Assembly (NCBI GenBank): GCA_029953675.1 | Contig: JAMWBK010000003.1 | Location: 2,790,001-2,854,000 of the forward strand | Source of the DNA: Rhodosorus marinus CCMP1338 | Taxonomy: Eukaryota; Plantae; Rhodophyta | Reading direction: 5' to 3' | DNA: 64,000 nucleotides | Shown here: in pieces, positions 52,101 to 64,000 of the stretch | Numbering within the stretch: the first letter of the stretch is position 1 | How the letters are laid out: every line of letters begins with the position of its first letter | Notes under the pieces: generated by a model | The model's database searches: none | What the model was told of the DNA's origin: nothing | Seen by the model: the letters and a program-made list of their open reading frames with translations, nothing else | Program-made: the position numbers and the translations under genes

Positions 52101-53658
52101 CGGAAGTATGCGTTCCATAAAGAACCGAAGATTTAGCCTGTCTACTTCAGATTCTCCTCCGAGGAACACAATCTTCTTTCGCTGATTGAAGGGAGGCACG
52201 GAATCGACGACTTTTTGCGCTAGTTACGAGAAAAACCAGAAATTAAGGTTTCAATGCTTCCCTTTTGCGGCATACTAGTTTCATACCGTGAGCGCCGGGT
52301 ATATAAAACAACTTACGGTTTCCTACGTCAAATACCCTCATGTGCATGAGATGCTTTTCCCTCTCGCAAGCTGGACGTGATTCGCATATGATATCGCCAA
52401 AGTTTTGAATGTCTTCCATACTCGTAAAATACATCCTGTCTGCAAACGAGATAGACTTTTTCTCGATCGAAAATTGCTCCAAAACTTCATTGACATCCAA
52501 TCTTTGCGTGGTTGCGGCTTTCGGAATCCAGGCCGCTCTCTCCAGAGCAAAGTCCTGCAAGGGCCCATTCGTGTCCAAAGCAATTTTCGCTAGATTGAGA
52601 TCCCTCTGCAAGCGAACAGGAAAATTTTTCATCGGGGAACACGTCAGTATGGTACAGAATGGAAAAGGGAGAGGACGAGAAAAAAACTCACAGTTCTGCG
52701 GGAGTATGTGTCAGAGCTGAAGACAACGGCATTCGACTCATGGAGAAAAGGGCGGAGAATAGCCATGGGCGCAACAGCTTCTCGACTCATATGAGTCTGG
52801 ATCAGGAAGAACAGGTCAACTTTCGGCAGAGTGGAAAGAGCAGCTTCCATTTCTCCTCGGGAAGTTGTTGCCGTAGCAGAGCTGATAATTATGACCTGAA
52901 CTCCCAGGTCCTTCACTTTGTGGTAATTGTCCATTTGCGCTTTGGCACCTTGTAGAAGAGTAACCAGCGTCACCTTCCACTTCCAGCCGCGCATTATTTC
53001 CATCATCTATTGAAAGTGAAGATGGGCCCAACGCGTCAGTAATCACACAAACAGCCCAGCCCCGTATTTGTGGACGAAGAGCCGTGCACGCACTTTATTT
53101 ACGTATACATCCGTAGTCTCATAGTTTCCCGGAAATCGGTCGTGCACCAATACAACGTGCGGGACAGTCACTTCAGGCTCACTGAGCATGTGCGCAGTTG
53201 TTAGATTTTCATGTACACCATGCATAGACGATATCTAAGGAGATTGAAGAGATTTGCGTTGGGGGAACAACCACGTTTCGCCAAGTTCAGACCAGAGCAG
53301 AATTGATAATCACAGGAACCCGGACCATTTCAACTCCAACCGGCTTTCCAGTTCCGAGGTTTTGAAAGATGTCACGAGGTCGATCAAAACTGGAGCTTAC
53401 CATGCTGATTAGTCCCAAAACAAAGAAGCAAATGGAAACGGCTTTGACCACTCCTGGAATCCATGATTGCTGCTGGCGCTTCTGCGCCAGCGGATTAGTT
53501 CTCTCTGGTTGCGGTGCTGTCGTCATCTGCTTAGAAGCGCTGTTCCCGTTTCGGAGAAACGCAGGAGCAGTAGCGTGCCACACCTGCTGGACCATTCCAA
53601 AACCGTCAAGAAACAGCGCCGAAAAAAGGTCCTGCCGATCACCTCTCTTCTCCAGCAT
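49131..53658 (-). CDS. Type II membrane glycosyltransferase with two tandem GT-B (GT4-like) modules and an A/E/K/R-rich helical tail (spliced)
   Basis: N-terminal TM anchor (VVKAVSICFFVLGLISMV). Module 1: VVLVHDRFP, IVFLGG, LRFFMERILPKI, GTGVHLKNWLALSRGVPVVTT. Module 2: GAADTIRVLQLVEVL, LVFVGT, AIWYMRTVLPKV, MRAGVPVVSTTLGAEG. The final exon is joined by a GTACGT...CTAACGCAG intron. Confidence 0.75.
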
Positions 53659-55630
53659 CAAGATCGATTACACAAAGGGGCCCAAAACATGCACATGCCC
53701 TCTCCCCTTCCTCCACTACCTCTCTATTCAAACATGCTCCCACAAAGCAAGCCCACCAGCCCACACATAAAGCTACCAAAAAGTCCGCCGATTCACAATC
53801 CACTGCGGGTCAGCCGCACTCACCACGCACTCCCTCCCTCCCCACTCCCACCACAGAAAAAAGACAACCAAAAAAAAAAAAGACCCCCAAATCAAACCAA
53901 GACTTGTCAAAGCGAGCCGAAGCCCTTTCCTAACCAACTCTCTGCCACAAAAACCAAAAAAAAAATCAAAACAAACGCAAGTAGAAGGCTAGCCTGCCGC
54001 TCTCCCCATCAAACCTTTAAAACATTGACAACCGTTTCCGTCTCTCATCACTCGGACACAATTGTCTCGCACAGCGAAAGTGTTTTCCAGTGCTGTTGTG
54101 TGTGTCTCTCTGGTCGAGACGCTCCATGTCCACATTCAAAACCAGAAGAGAAAAAGAAAAACAAAAACACCTTCAAAAAAAAGGTGACCAACGAAAATAA
54201 AAATAAAATAAAATTCATTGTCCATTTTTCAGAGCGGACTGCGAGCCAGAGCAGTAGAAGAAATATATGATATTTCGATTAAAAAACATAGAAAATGATA
54301 CGAAAGAGCTAATAGTGGCTAAATTGCTTTGATCTCACAATATGTTTTCCAATAAAATAATGACCGAAGGAGAAATGAAATTGTACGAGTTGGTGAACTA
54401 CCAAATCGTACGATTTTTATCATCACGGATTACCAATTTTCTTTAAAATGGCGTTCTTCTTATGTTTCTTCTTAAATCAGTTGCCGTGCTGTAGACTCAG
54501 TCATCTCCGCTGGACACGTCTGTCCATCCCCACATTTGACCATAAGAGTTGTAGGGGTATAGAATTTTGTTCTTTTCGATTAAAAAGATTGAAAACGGGC
54601 CTGAAAACCTCCTTTTTTATATATCCCAGCGATTTTTGATGGACGGACTGGGGAACAATTCAGTCGCATAATCAGTGAACGTATAGTGTTAAAACGACAC
54701 GAGCGCTTAAATGTGTAGAAAAAAATTTGTTCTTGTATAGGTAAACTAATAGTATAGTATGCGGTATCGAAATAGACTTGTCACCACGATGGAAGAATCG
54801 TTCTAAGTCTCCTTCGTACTTTGCGTGAGGTTTTTTTTTGTTTTTTAGATCCTCAGCACGACTGTTTCTAGAAAACTTCAGACCGCTTGTTTGTACTAAT
54901 GTCTCGAAGCAGATCGCAAAATGGCAAAAGATTGGAAGACCCCCAAAACAAGGCTATCTAGACGATCGGGAGGGCGTTTTCAGGCTAGCATTCAACAAAG
55001 AGTCACATGGTTTTCAGTTAATTAGGCAAAAAAGGATCTGACTGAGTTCTATCAGTCCAATAGTGCTTAGATTTAGGAATTATTTGATCATTATTTTTTT
55101 TTCCAAAAAGTCAGCTCTTTTCCCGCCCCAGAACTCCGTCAGGACCAAGATCATCATTTACCTTCGTTCCTCCATGAACAAGGAGAGGGCTCCGATGCGG
55201 TGTCCCAGACAAGCAATCAATACAATCAAGTCAGTAGTTTGGGCCAATAAAAGTAGAGTATTACAAATTTGGGTGGTACGTTGTTTATTCCTTGCCAGGG
55301 CATCGGTTTTTTAAGTCCTCATCCGAACTTGGGTGCATCGGTGTTTTATATCCGGTTTTTAAGTCACCATCCGCCAACTCTGGGAATTTCATGATAGCTC
55401 GATTGAGGGCGAAAACAAACTAGCATAGTTACATGAAATAGTGTACCCTAGTGCTTTAACACGACCCAAGCCTTTTCTGATCTTAATATTACTTTCACAT
55501 TCTTTGTAAACAAAGATGGATTATTGTTCAAGATGTCGTTTGATATCGAAGTGATTTGATGGGCAATAGAAGACACTACTGGTATTGCTTTATTGTCGGA
55601 CGCCCGTCAACCGCGTCTTGTTTCTCGCTT

Positions 55631-55663
55631 CTCAGGGTAGTTAGGCTCTGAATAAACGGATCA
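55631..55663 (+). repeat. Copy 2 of the dispersed 33-bp motif
   Basis: CTCAGGGTAGTTAGGCTCTGAATAAACGGATCA. Confidence 0.7.
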
Positions 55664-55689
55664 TCAAACTTAAGGTGGTAATAAGACCA

Positions 55690-55766
55690 TATAGGGGCCA
55701 TGGAGGGATATAGGGCCATTGAGGTATAGGGCTATGGAGGTATAGAGCCATGGAGGTATAGGGCCA
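55690..55766. repeat. 16-bp minisatellite, about 4.5 copies
   Basis: Consensus TATAGGGCCATGGAGG repeated head to tail with 1-2 substitutions or small indels per copy. Confidence 0.85.
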
Positions 55767-56100
55767 GCCCTGTGCAGGTTTCGATAGGGCTCCGCCATAA
55801 TGAAAAACTCGAGGGGTACCCCTCGATTCTGAAGCATTTTCATAGTGCCATTTTTGATGTATTTCATTGCCCTATGAAGTAGATATATTTTCAACTCATG
55901 CCCTATGGTCGTTTCGTTTTTGTTTAGAAAATACGATATTTCGAAGTACATTCGTATTATGAAGAAAAATCATTGCCCTATGTTGTAATGAGTTATTAAA
56001 TTAAAATTCACAATACCGTACGTAGTCTATGAGACCCACATGCTTCCGGAAGAGCTTGGAGGAAAAGTTTGAGCAGAAATTCACGGAACACTAGCTTTTC

Positions 56101-56133
56101 CTCGGGGTATTTAGGCTCTGAGCAAACGGATGA
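56101..56133 (+). repeat. Copy 3 of the dispersed 33-bp motif
   Basis: CTCGGGGTATTTAGGCTCTGAGCAAACGGATGA; 28/33 identical to copy 2. Confidence 0.7.
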
Positions 56134-58219
56134 TGATGAACATTCGACTACATACACGATTGCAACTTTGAGGTAGAGTCAATCGAACCGGGCAACCAAC
56201 GGTTTCACCAGCTCCCAGATCGGAGCAGGAAGACTTGAAAATAAACTCTGGACTAGAAGATGTTGATGAGCTCGATACATCAGCACATCTTGATCCTGAT
56301 ATCTCGGACACGATCTTAGAGGAGAAAGCCAAGCTGGGAGAAAGCGAAGAGATACTGAGCACTCCTTCCGCATCCGCTTCTCAAAGTTTTGCACAGCCCA
56401 AAAAGGCAATATGGAGATCGGACAGGTCCTGAAATAATTCGAGGAATCAAAAGGACTGCAGTAGAAAGTTAACGTTAACTAAGAAAAGCAGAATTCTAGT
56501 AGTACCAACCTCATCATTGTATATTCAGACAACAAGCCTGGGAGCATGAAAACTAAGACTAAAAAGGGGAGTAGAAGAGCTGCTCCGCAACAGAAAGCAG
56601 TGAAAAAAAGGGTCTCAACGTGTGGTAAACGGGCGTGATAAGCCACAAACCAAACATAAACACGCCAAGAAAAAGATGCCGCAGCCTGCTTCTCCGGGGA
56701 AGTTTCGACCTCAACTCTCCTGGTTACAATGACTGCAACAATGAACGTGTTCAGCAAGCACAGTACATCTCAGCTCTCTAAACACGAAGAGCTCTTCGCT
56801 TGATCAAGGGGTCGATTATAAAACAATAGCTAAAACGTCCGATTCGAAACGGCAGATGGATGTACTTCAACCACACCTCCGCCATAGCACTCTTATTCGA
56901 CCATGTTCAGTGTTCTTACTCCACCTCATCCGCAAGGAAGTCGGATCTGCATTTGGATGGAATCTTTTTCTGGCTCCGAGGGCCCCTGTATTTCGCGGAG
57001 CGAACCAACGCGTTCACCTGATCGACCGACGGGCCACAAACCGGATCATTGAAAGCGTTCCCTGAACTCAGGCAGCTGATGACATACAAGCTATGGAGCC
57101 AAGGAGAAAAGAGTTCATAGACGCTTGCTTGTGGCACGCGTTCACCACAATCGTCGATTCGGTTAAACGCGTTGGTGAGGTCGAGCTTGAGGACTACGTC
57201 ATCCGGGCGCGAGGTGGGCTTCCGCTATGTGATGGTGATGATGATGATGATGATAATTTTTGTAGGGCATGCTCGCAGCCACCGGTGACCGAGTTCTTCC
57301 GGGCGGAGAAACTCGCGAAGGGGGCCAGCGACAGAGCAAAGGGCCCACTGGGTGACGGCCTTCCGCAGCACCTCGGGGATCCCGAACGATCGTAGGCGAA
57401 GGTGCTGTCTTCACTGGGCGTCTGACAGGAGTCTTCTTGTGTTTGGCGAAGAAGCAGCTGCTGCACATGGCTTCGAGTAAGACGTAGGAGAAGCTCTCCG
57501 GGGTGGTAGCTGGCTTGCGTAGAAAGTGGAGATCTCGGGTTGGGTCGCAATCGTCACGCAGCTCAAGTGTTCGGTTTTAAAACCGACCATGCGGCCCGGG
57601 GAGGTGGCGTGTGGTAAGCATTCGATCGTTGACAGTAGGCCTTGTCAGAGGCCAGAGAGGGGTCCCAAATGGGGCGATCTGGACAAGTAGACAGCTTCGC
57701 ACGTGGAGCGTCTTCGAGTTCGGGGGAGAGTGGTTTTTAGCTCATGCCGGCCATGCATTCAGATTACTTGACGTTGGAGAACTGATCATAAGACAGGACG
57801 AGAGGAGTCGTGTAAAAGCTGGCTTCAGCAAGTGCAGCAGGTGCATACTGGCATGCAAATTGAACAAAAAAATCGCTTGTCCACTGCCAATTTGGAGTCG
57901 TTTGAAAGCTCTGGCCGTCCTATTACCCAGTCCCAGCGGAAAGCGTCCAGGACGATCTGCTAATTGCAACACAACTAGCGTTCTTGAGCTTTTTGGACGC
58001 AGATCTTGATCAGAAGCAGCTCCGGTTATATCCTCCTTGTTTCTGATTACGTATAGCGTACCAGAAGCATGCACCGTTGCATAAGTCCATTTATTATCCG
58101 CAGATGGCTTGCCGTTCTATCATGCTTCCGACATTAACTGTGTTTGATTAAAAGAAACCCTCTAACTTCCAAGCCTAGGCTCACTGCGTTTTTGTACAGG
58201 ACAGAGCTCGTTCTGGAAC

Positions 58220-58267
58220 CAAAACCGATGCCGTCAACTCTGGCAAAACCGATGCCGTCAACTCTGG
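58220..58267. repeat. Perfect 24-bp tandem duplication
   Basis: CAAAACCGATGCCGTCAACTCTGG x2. Confidence 0.9.
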
Positions 58268-59709
58268 CGGCTAGCTGTTCAATGGCCCAGAACAGGTGGC
58301 GAAACTGCGGATTGACAAGGAGTTCTTTTTCGTGCGAAAAAGAACTCCCCGAGGACACGGAGACCCACTCTGAATATGCACGGAACCGAAACTACGCGAG
58401 TAGAGGAACATTGCGTTGTACCAGAAAGGGATCTATCCTTCTCAGTGCGTATCGTCGAAAAGGAGATCGTTTCACCATTTATGAGGGGGATTTACCAACG
58501 GAAATGGCAACAGGTATATCTCATGTGAACGCCATACTAGAGCTGACGGATGAAACGCTCGCGTGAGAATGCTTCGGAAGTTAACCAGCACTGTACAACA
58601 GGTCACAACACAGCCACTCTATACCTCCAATTCTGCGTTTTTACAATACCGCCGTCACCGCTCCACTTCTCAGACCAGGCTTCCGCTGTTACAATATCTA
58701 TCGCAAATGTCACTTCCAGGCAACCACTGCGTCAAACACTTAGAGGACGCGCATGGCCCCCAAAATATGGCCGTGCCAAAAAGACAGGACTCAAGCCCCT
58801 GACTCAAGGATTCCTACTTGCGGGTGGCGGTCAAGACACTGCAAGTTGCTCCAGCATGACGTTTGGCAAAATTATGAATTTTACTCTATTTTTGTCATTG
58901 TTAATGGTGCCGTTTAGGCCAAAAACTATTTAATCTCTTTTCTCTAACATAGGCCACCTTTTCCCACATCAGCAACCAACGAAAATACAGAAGTCAATTA
59001 TTGTACATCCAATAAAATCGTATAGAATTAAATTTTTACGGGAAGTTTTGTATCCACGAAAAAGTTGACATCGAGCCACCGAGCGTTGCCCACATAAGTC
59101 TAGTGTTTATTTTTGAATTTTTCAAGTCGTTTAAGGATGGAATCTCCTCAAAGATCTTGATTGAACGAGGGTTTTGGGGGAGTGGTTGTTCAGTTGAGGT
59201 GGCAGTTCAGAGGCGGCTGGATCGATGGGATTCATTGGTTGACGGAACAGGAACCTTTTTTTTTGGGATGGTACTCTATATTTTTGTACGGGTATTGTTT
59301 AACGTTTGCTAGTGGTCCGTGTAGTTGATTTGACATATCCCCGGGGCTGTGTTTGTCTACCACAACCTTTGGCCAAGCCAAACTTTGGTTTGCTGGAAAA
59401 CTAACAACTCCGGGTGTGTGTCCTACGAGCGTGAAACGGGAGTCACAAGCGCGCGACTAGCTTACACTTCAGTCGGAAGTGGAAAGGAATATTTTTTGGA
59501 AACAAGTCGCGCTCGGTTGTTTCGCACATTCTTCAACGTGCGTTTTTCTAGGCAGTCCTACTTGTTCATCTCTTCCCAACTGATTGACTCCCTCATTTAA
59601 ACATCGGTTCTAAGAGACAGACCCAAAAATTCATATCCAAGTGTGTTATGCTATTTGAGCAGAACGCGTAGCCAGGACGTAGTCTTGAGAGCACAGGACC
59701 TTTATAGCA

Positions 59710-59990
59710 TGAGGAAGTTTGGGAACACGGGTTCCTCGAATAAACGCTGTCTGGAACAACAACCAAACGCCACCACAAAGCCATCGTTCTCTTCACTAGA
59801 GACCATATACCTCAAAAGTCCAAAAGGTTTTCCTGGCTGAGAATAAGCTGTGGGGAAGTTGGGAACACACATTCCTCGAATAAACGCTGTCCAGAACAAC
59901 AACAAAACGCCACGATAAAGCCAGCTTTTTCTTGACTAGAGACCATATACCTCCAAAGTCCACAACGTTCCCCCACTGAGAATAAGCTGC
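59710..59990. repeat. 140-bp tandem duplication
   Basis: GGGAACAC at 59721 and 59861. Shared blocks TTCCTCGAATAAACGCTGTC, ACTAGAGACCATATACCTC and CTGAGAATAAGCTG. Confidence 0.88.
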
Positions 59991-60906
59991 CACTCCCAAT
60001 AATCCCCGGTCCGTCCCAGTGATTATTATTATTATTAACGTATCCGCATGAACAGGAAAATTCTATCAAGAATTCAAAACAACTCGGTGTGTGCCAATAA
60101 TGCAGCCCAAAGACCAATAAATGTACATCAACCTACCGGGCCAGCTCCATTCATCGCACTAAACTATTACTCAACACCTTCCAATTTCTTCAACAAGAAA
60201 AAGAGACTGTCTTTAAACCACAATCCCTGCTTGCCTTTTCTGAGGACAGTAGAGCATAATTGGATTCGCCAAAATGCACGGCTGACTGCTCCAAGCCATA
60301 ATTTTCCTAAATAACCAAACGGGTCTTCCAAACATCAACATTTCAATCTTTTTATATGAAACTGGGTCCACTTAACGCTGTCAAAAGAGCCGATTTAGTA
60401 GGTTAGGACACGTGGTATACTTCTAACGGATCTACGGAAATCGTTTCAATGCATCGCTCCTTTTTTTATTACCAAGTAAATAGATATTATATTTTATAAA
60501 CATAGTTTTGTAAGGGGTTTGGAATATTTGGATTATATAATAAAATATATGGTCATTGGAATTGTTTTGAGAATGATTTAATGAAATGTTAGGGAATATA
60601 CTGTTAAAAATAATAATAATAAGTAATATATGGGGTGGCTTGTGATCGCATTTCGGTTTTCGAGGTTTGGGTGAGCGGATTGGGAAGCGGATGGGAATCT
60701 AATACACATGGCGAGGGTGCCTGGCAAAGGGAAGAGGGAGGGGTGGGGGGCGGCGGGGAGTAGCAGTTTGGGACGAGACTGTTATGAGGCTTGTACATGG
60801 ACGAGGTTTTTCTGCTTCCAAATCGTTAGAATTTCTGTCGTTTCTCATTGTAAGAGGTTTTTCGAGGGAACAGTTTTCTTAGCTTTCGGACAAGGGTTTC
60901 GGTGCT

Positions 60907-63900
60907 ATGGTGGCGAAGGAGGTGGAGGAGGTGGCCGTAACGGAGACCCCCTCCACTGTATCCTCTGAGGATGCTGATGGACCACCACCTTCTCCTGAGC
61001 CACATGCGAATATTATCTCAAGAGTCATGCTCGGTTGGGCTTTCCCGTTGGTGTTGAAAGGTGAGTATGGAGCAGTAGGAAAATAATTGTGTTATCGTGG
61101 TTTTGCTTCTAACTGGTACTTGGAGGTTTGTTGTACTGTTATTTGTTATTGCAGGTTTCAAAACTCCGCTTCAAGGAGATGATGTCTGGGATCTGAATCC
61201 GAAGAACAGCGCGGAGGTTGTCGCCAACAGGTTTGAGCAGGTTTATGCGACGTATCCAGAGGACAAACCTCGTCTGATCAAGACGATGTTTAGGTTAGCT
61301 CAGTTTTAAGACCCACCGAAATTGGTTTCTTCATGAAGACCTGTATTAATGGAAGTGAGCCTTTTCTCTTCGTTCCTACGCTTACAGAGTTTCTCGCCGT
61401 CTTTTCTTCTACACGGTCATTCTCGAGGTTTGCGAAGAACTACTAGTACCGATTAATTGTTTTGACCGAATGAACTCACCCAAAGGTTTCGTTGCCTGTA
61501 ACAGTTGTTGTTTATAGCTTTCGGAATGGCATCACCGCTTATTGTAAATCGGATCCTGGAGAATGTAGATGACCCTTCTGCGCCCTCAAGCACGGGGTAA
61601 GCGATTCGATACTATTTCGGGAGGGTCGTGCGAATCGTTCTGAGAGCTTCGTTTCCTTCTGATCATGTTACCCAGGTATTTGTGGAGCTTTGGGCTTTTC
61701 GTTGCCACTTGTTTTAGAATCTTAGCGGAAACTCACAAATACTTGGAACTCACACGGGCGAGTTGTACGCTTCGGGCTGAAATTCAGGTATGCTGCTGCT
61801 TAAACTTTTCCTTCGCGTCAAGGCTATCTGCTCACTTTGTAATTGACTTTGTCTGGCATCATTTTCAGTCTGTTGTTTACAGGAAGGCTATTCGCATTAG
61901 CTCGAGTTCGAGGAGTGGCTCTTCAGTGGGCGAGATCATCAATCTTATGCAGCTCGATGCAGAATCCATTGGCAGATTCGCGTTATCCATAAATGCACTC
62001 TGGTCCGCACCTCTGCAGGTAGGAGGGTCAAAGGTCTGAAACGTGTGAACGCTTCGGCACGGATTTTGACTGACTCCATCTTGGCACTACCCCGCTGTGA
62101 ACAGTTGATTATCTCCGTTGGGCTCTTGTACGTATTCATTGGCCCGTCTTCTTTAATAGGCCTCGCCGCGACGTTGCTCACTATTCCAATTCAGAGCATG
62201 GTTGTGAGACGTGTCTTTCTCCTGCGCAAGAAAACCATGAAGGTTACCGATGAACGTGTCAAGCTTTCGAATGAAATTCTGCAGGGAATTAAGGCAGTCA
62301 AGTTCTACGCTTGGGAAAAACCTTTTGGGGTGCGTCCTTTCCTCTTTGCATGTACTCCTATCTATTCTTCTTTCGGAGAAAGACTGACCCAGCGCATGTG
62401 GGGACTCTTCTTTCACGCGCTTGCATTCTTATAGGGGAAAGTTGGCGATATTCGAAAGCGCGAGATGGCAATCCTACAGTCTACCATTGTATTCAGGGCT
62501 CTTTTCGTTGTCGTTATCTCTGCATTGCCAACGCTTATCTCCGTAGTTACGTTCGCGTTCTATACTGGCGTGTTTAAGAATGAATTAGACGTCTCCAGCG
62601 TGTTCACAGCTATCTTGCTCCTCAGCGCACTGCGCGGGCCTCTCTTGAGCCTTCCGTTTGCCGTCACTGCTATCGTCGAGGCGAAGGTACTATACATCCG
62701 TTAAAAATACGCGACCTGTTGCTAAGGAGATATTCTAACCCCTTACTCGTCGCTGGCTGTTACTACGGCGCGTTCAGGTATCAGTGAAAAGAATAGAACG
62801 CTTTTTGGGATTTGAAAATACGGCAACAATAAGCAGAAATGATGACTCTTGTGAGGTTGGCGAAATCAAGGTGGAGAACGGTTCTTTTAAATGGGGAGAC
62901 CCTCCACCGCCACTACCGTCTCGACGGGCGCTACAGCAGCAGAAAGGGGAGAGGCGGGGTCTCTTAAGTAGACTATTTAGACGACGGAAGAAGGTAAGCA
63001 AACTCGCCAAGGACACTTTTATGCGATGCAAGGATCGAGTTTCTCATTGAAACTCGCCATGTGTTCGAAACCAACAGAGTGAAGCCGAGAATACTGAAGG
63101 TAGTTCTGAAAAGAGGCCCTCGGAGAATGATGGAGAAAAGGCGGCAGAAGCTGTGCCCGAGGCAGCAGAGGAGAGTAGTTTCTCACTGATGAACGTGGAT
63201 ATAGACATTCCCTCGGGACAGTTGACTGCAATTGTGGGACCGGTTGGAGCAGGAAAGACATCCCTCTTGAACGCCGTCCTGGGTGAGATGAAAGCGGTGG
63301 ACGGTTCTGTGAAGCGCAACGGCACAGTCGCTTATGTACCGCAGACTGCGTGGATCTACAACGGAACTCTAAGGGACAATGTTCTGTTCGGACAGGTAGG
63401 AACGTTTGCGTTCCTGTGCGCTTCAATGAAAGTCTGAAAAATTCGCGGTGGGGAACTTAAAATGCTTCCCCTTAATTGCAGGCACTCGAGGATGAAAAGT
63501 ACGATATGGTTGTGGAGGCTTCACAGCTGAGAGATGATCTGAGTGTACTTCCAAGCGGACACGAGACTCTAATCGGAGAGAAGGGAATCAATCTTTCCGG
63601 GGGACAAAAGCAGAGAGTTTCCATCGCACGAACCATCTACTCAGATGTTGACGTAAGTTCTTTCCGCTGATGCTATTCATCAATCTGTCAATATTGGTTT
63701 CTTAGATGTTGTGCCCGTGTCTCTCCGCGTCTCGAACAGATTTACATATTTGATGACCCACTTTCCGCTCTCGACGCAAGAGTTGGGAAAAACGTTTTTG
63801 ACGAGTGCATGTCCAAAAATGGTCTTCTGAGAAATAAGACGCGTCTGCTTGTGACAAACCAGCTCCAATTCCTGCCTTACACGGACAAGATTATCGTGCT

Positions 63901-64000
63901 GAGCGAAGGACGCGTACAATCTCAAGGAACGTTTAAGGAACTGATCGAGAAAGACGAGGCCTTCCAAGCTATGGTTAGCGGAATCGTGACCACGGCTCAG
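60907..64000 (+). CDS. ABCC/MRP-type ABC transporter (spliced, continues beyond the right edge)
   Basis: Lasso-like [24 protein letters not shown]|[16 protein letters not shown]1 motifs [12 protein letters not shown] and [27 protein letters not shown]1: [16 protein letters not shown] and DDPLSALD. Confidence 0.93.

Noticed and set aside
53467-54270. 267-aa + strand ORF
   Set aside because: It overlaps the first exon and C/A-rich leader of the minus-strand GT gene and is low-complexity K/P/T sequence, so it is a compositional shadow.
1-64000. tRNA, rRNA or snRNA genes
   Set aside because: I found no cloverleaf with T-loop GTTCRA context and no U1/U2/U6 or rRNA signatures by eye. tRNAscan-SE or Infernal would be needed to exclude them fully.

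Overview
Eukaryotic nuclear DNA, gene-dense, with many short GT-AG introns (mostly about 70-220 nt, often with a CTAAC/CTGAC-like branch site). A red alga is the most likely source (inference): it has plastid-targeted DXS and HisN with an early GFV motif, a MED1 subunit, and a C-terminal Hedgehog-type Hint domain. I can support 14 protein genes: a P/Q-rich protein running off the left edge (missed by the ORF track), Twinkle, DXS, a possible AUG8/QWRF protein, MED1, a secreted PQQ-type (AA12-like) dehydrogenase fused to a Hint domain, RRP1/NOP52, a C2H2 zinc-finger factor, an ACBP-ankyrin protein, DBP10/DDX54, SRP9, a HisN-YicC fusion, PRA1 and a tandem GT4-like glycosyltransferase. A fifteenth, an ABCC transporter, runs off the right edge. 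Two architectures stand out, both visible only after manual splicing. (1) One reading frame joins plastid histidinol-phosphate phosphatase to a full-length bacterial-type YicC/YloC endoribonuclease. (2) A signal peptide, AA12-like propeller and Hint autoprocessing domain form one protein. Intergenic DNA holds a decayed CRE-like (RLE) non-LTR retrotransposon end, two unrelated ~171-bp tandem arrays between divergent genes, a 140-bp duplication, two long inverted repeats and a 33-bp motif present three times. I recognised no rRNA, tRNA or CRISPR array. All exon models are hand-derived and family calls come from motif recognition, not database searches.
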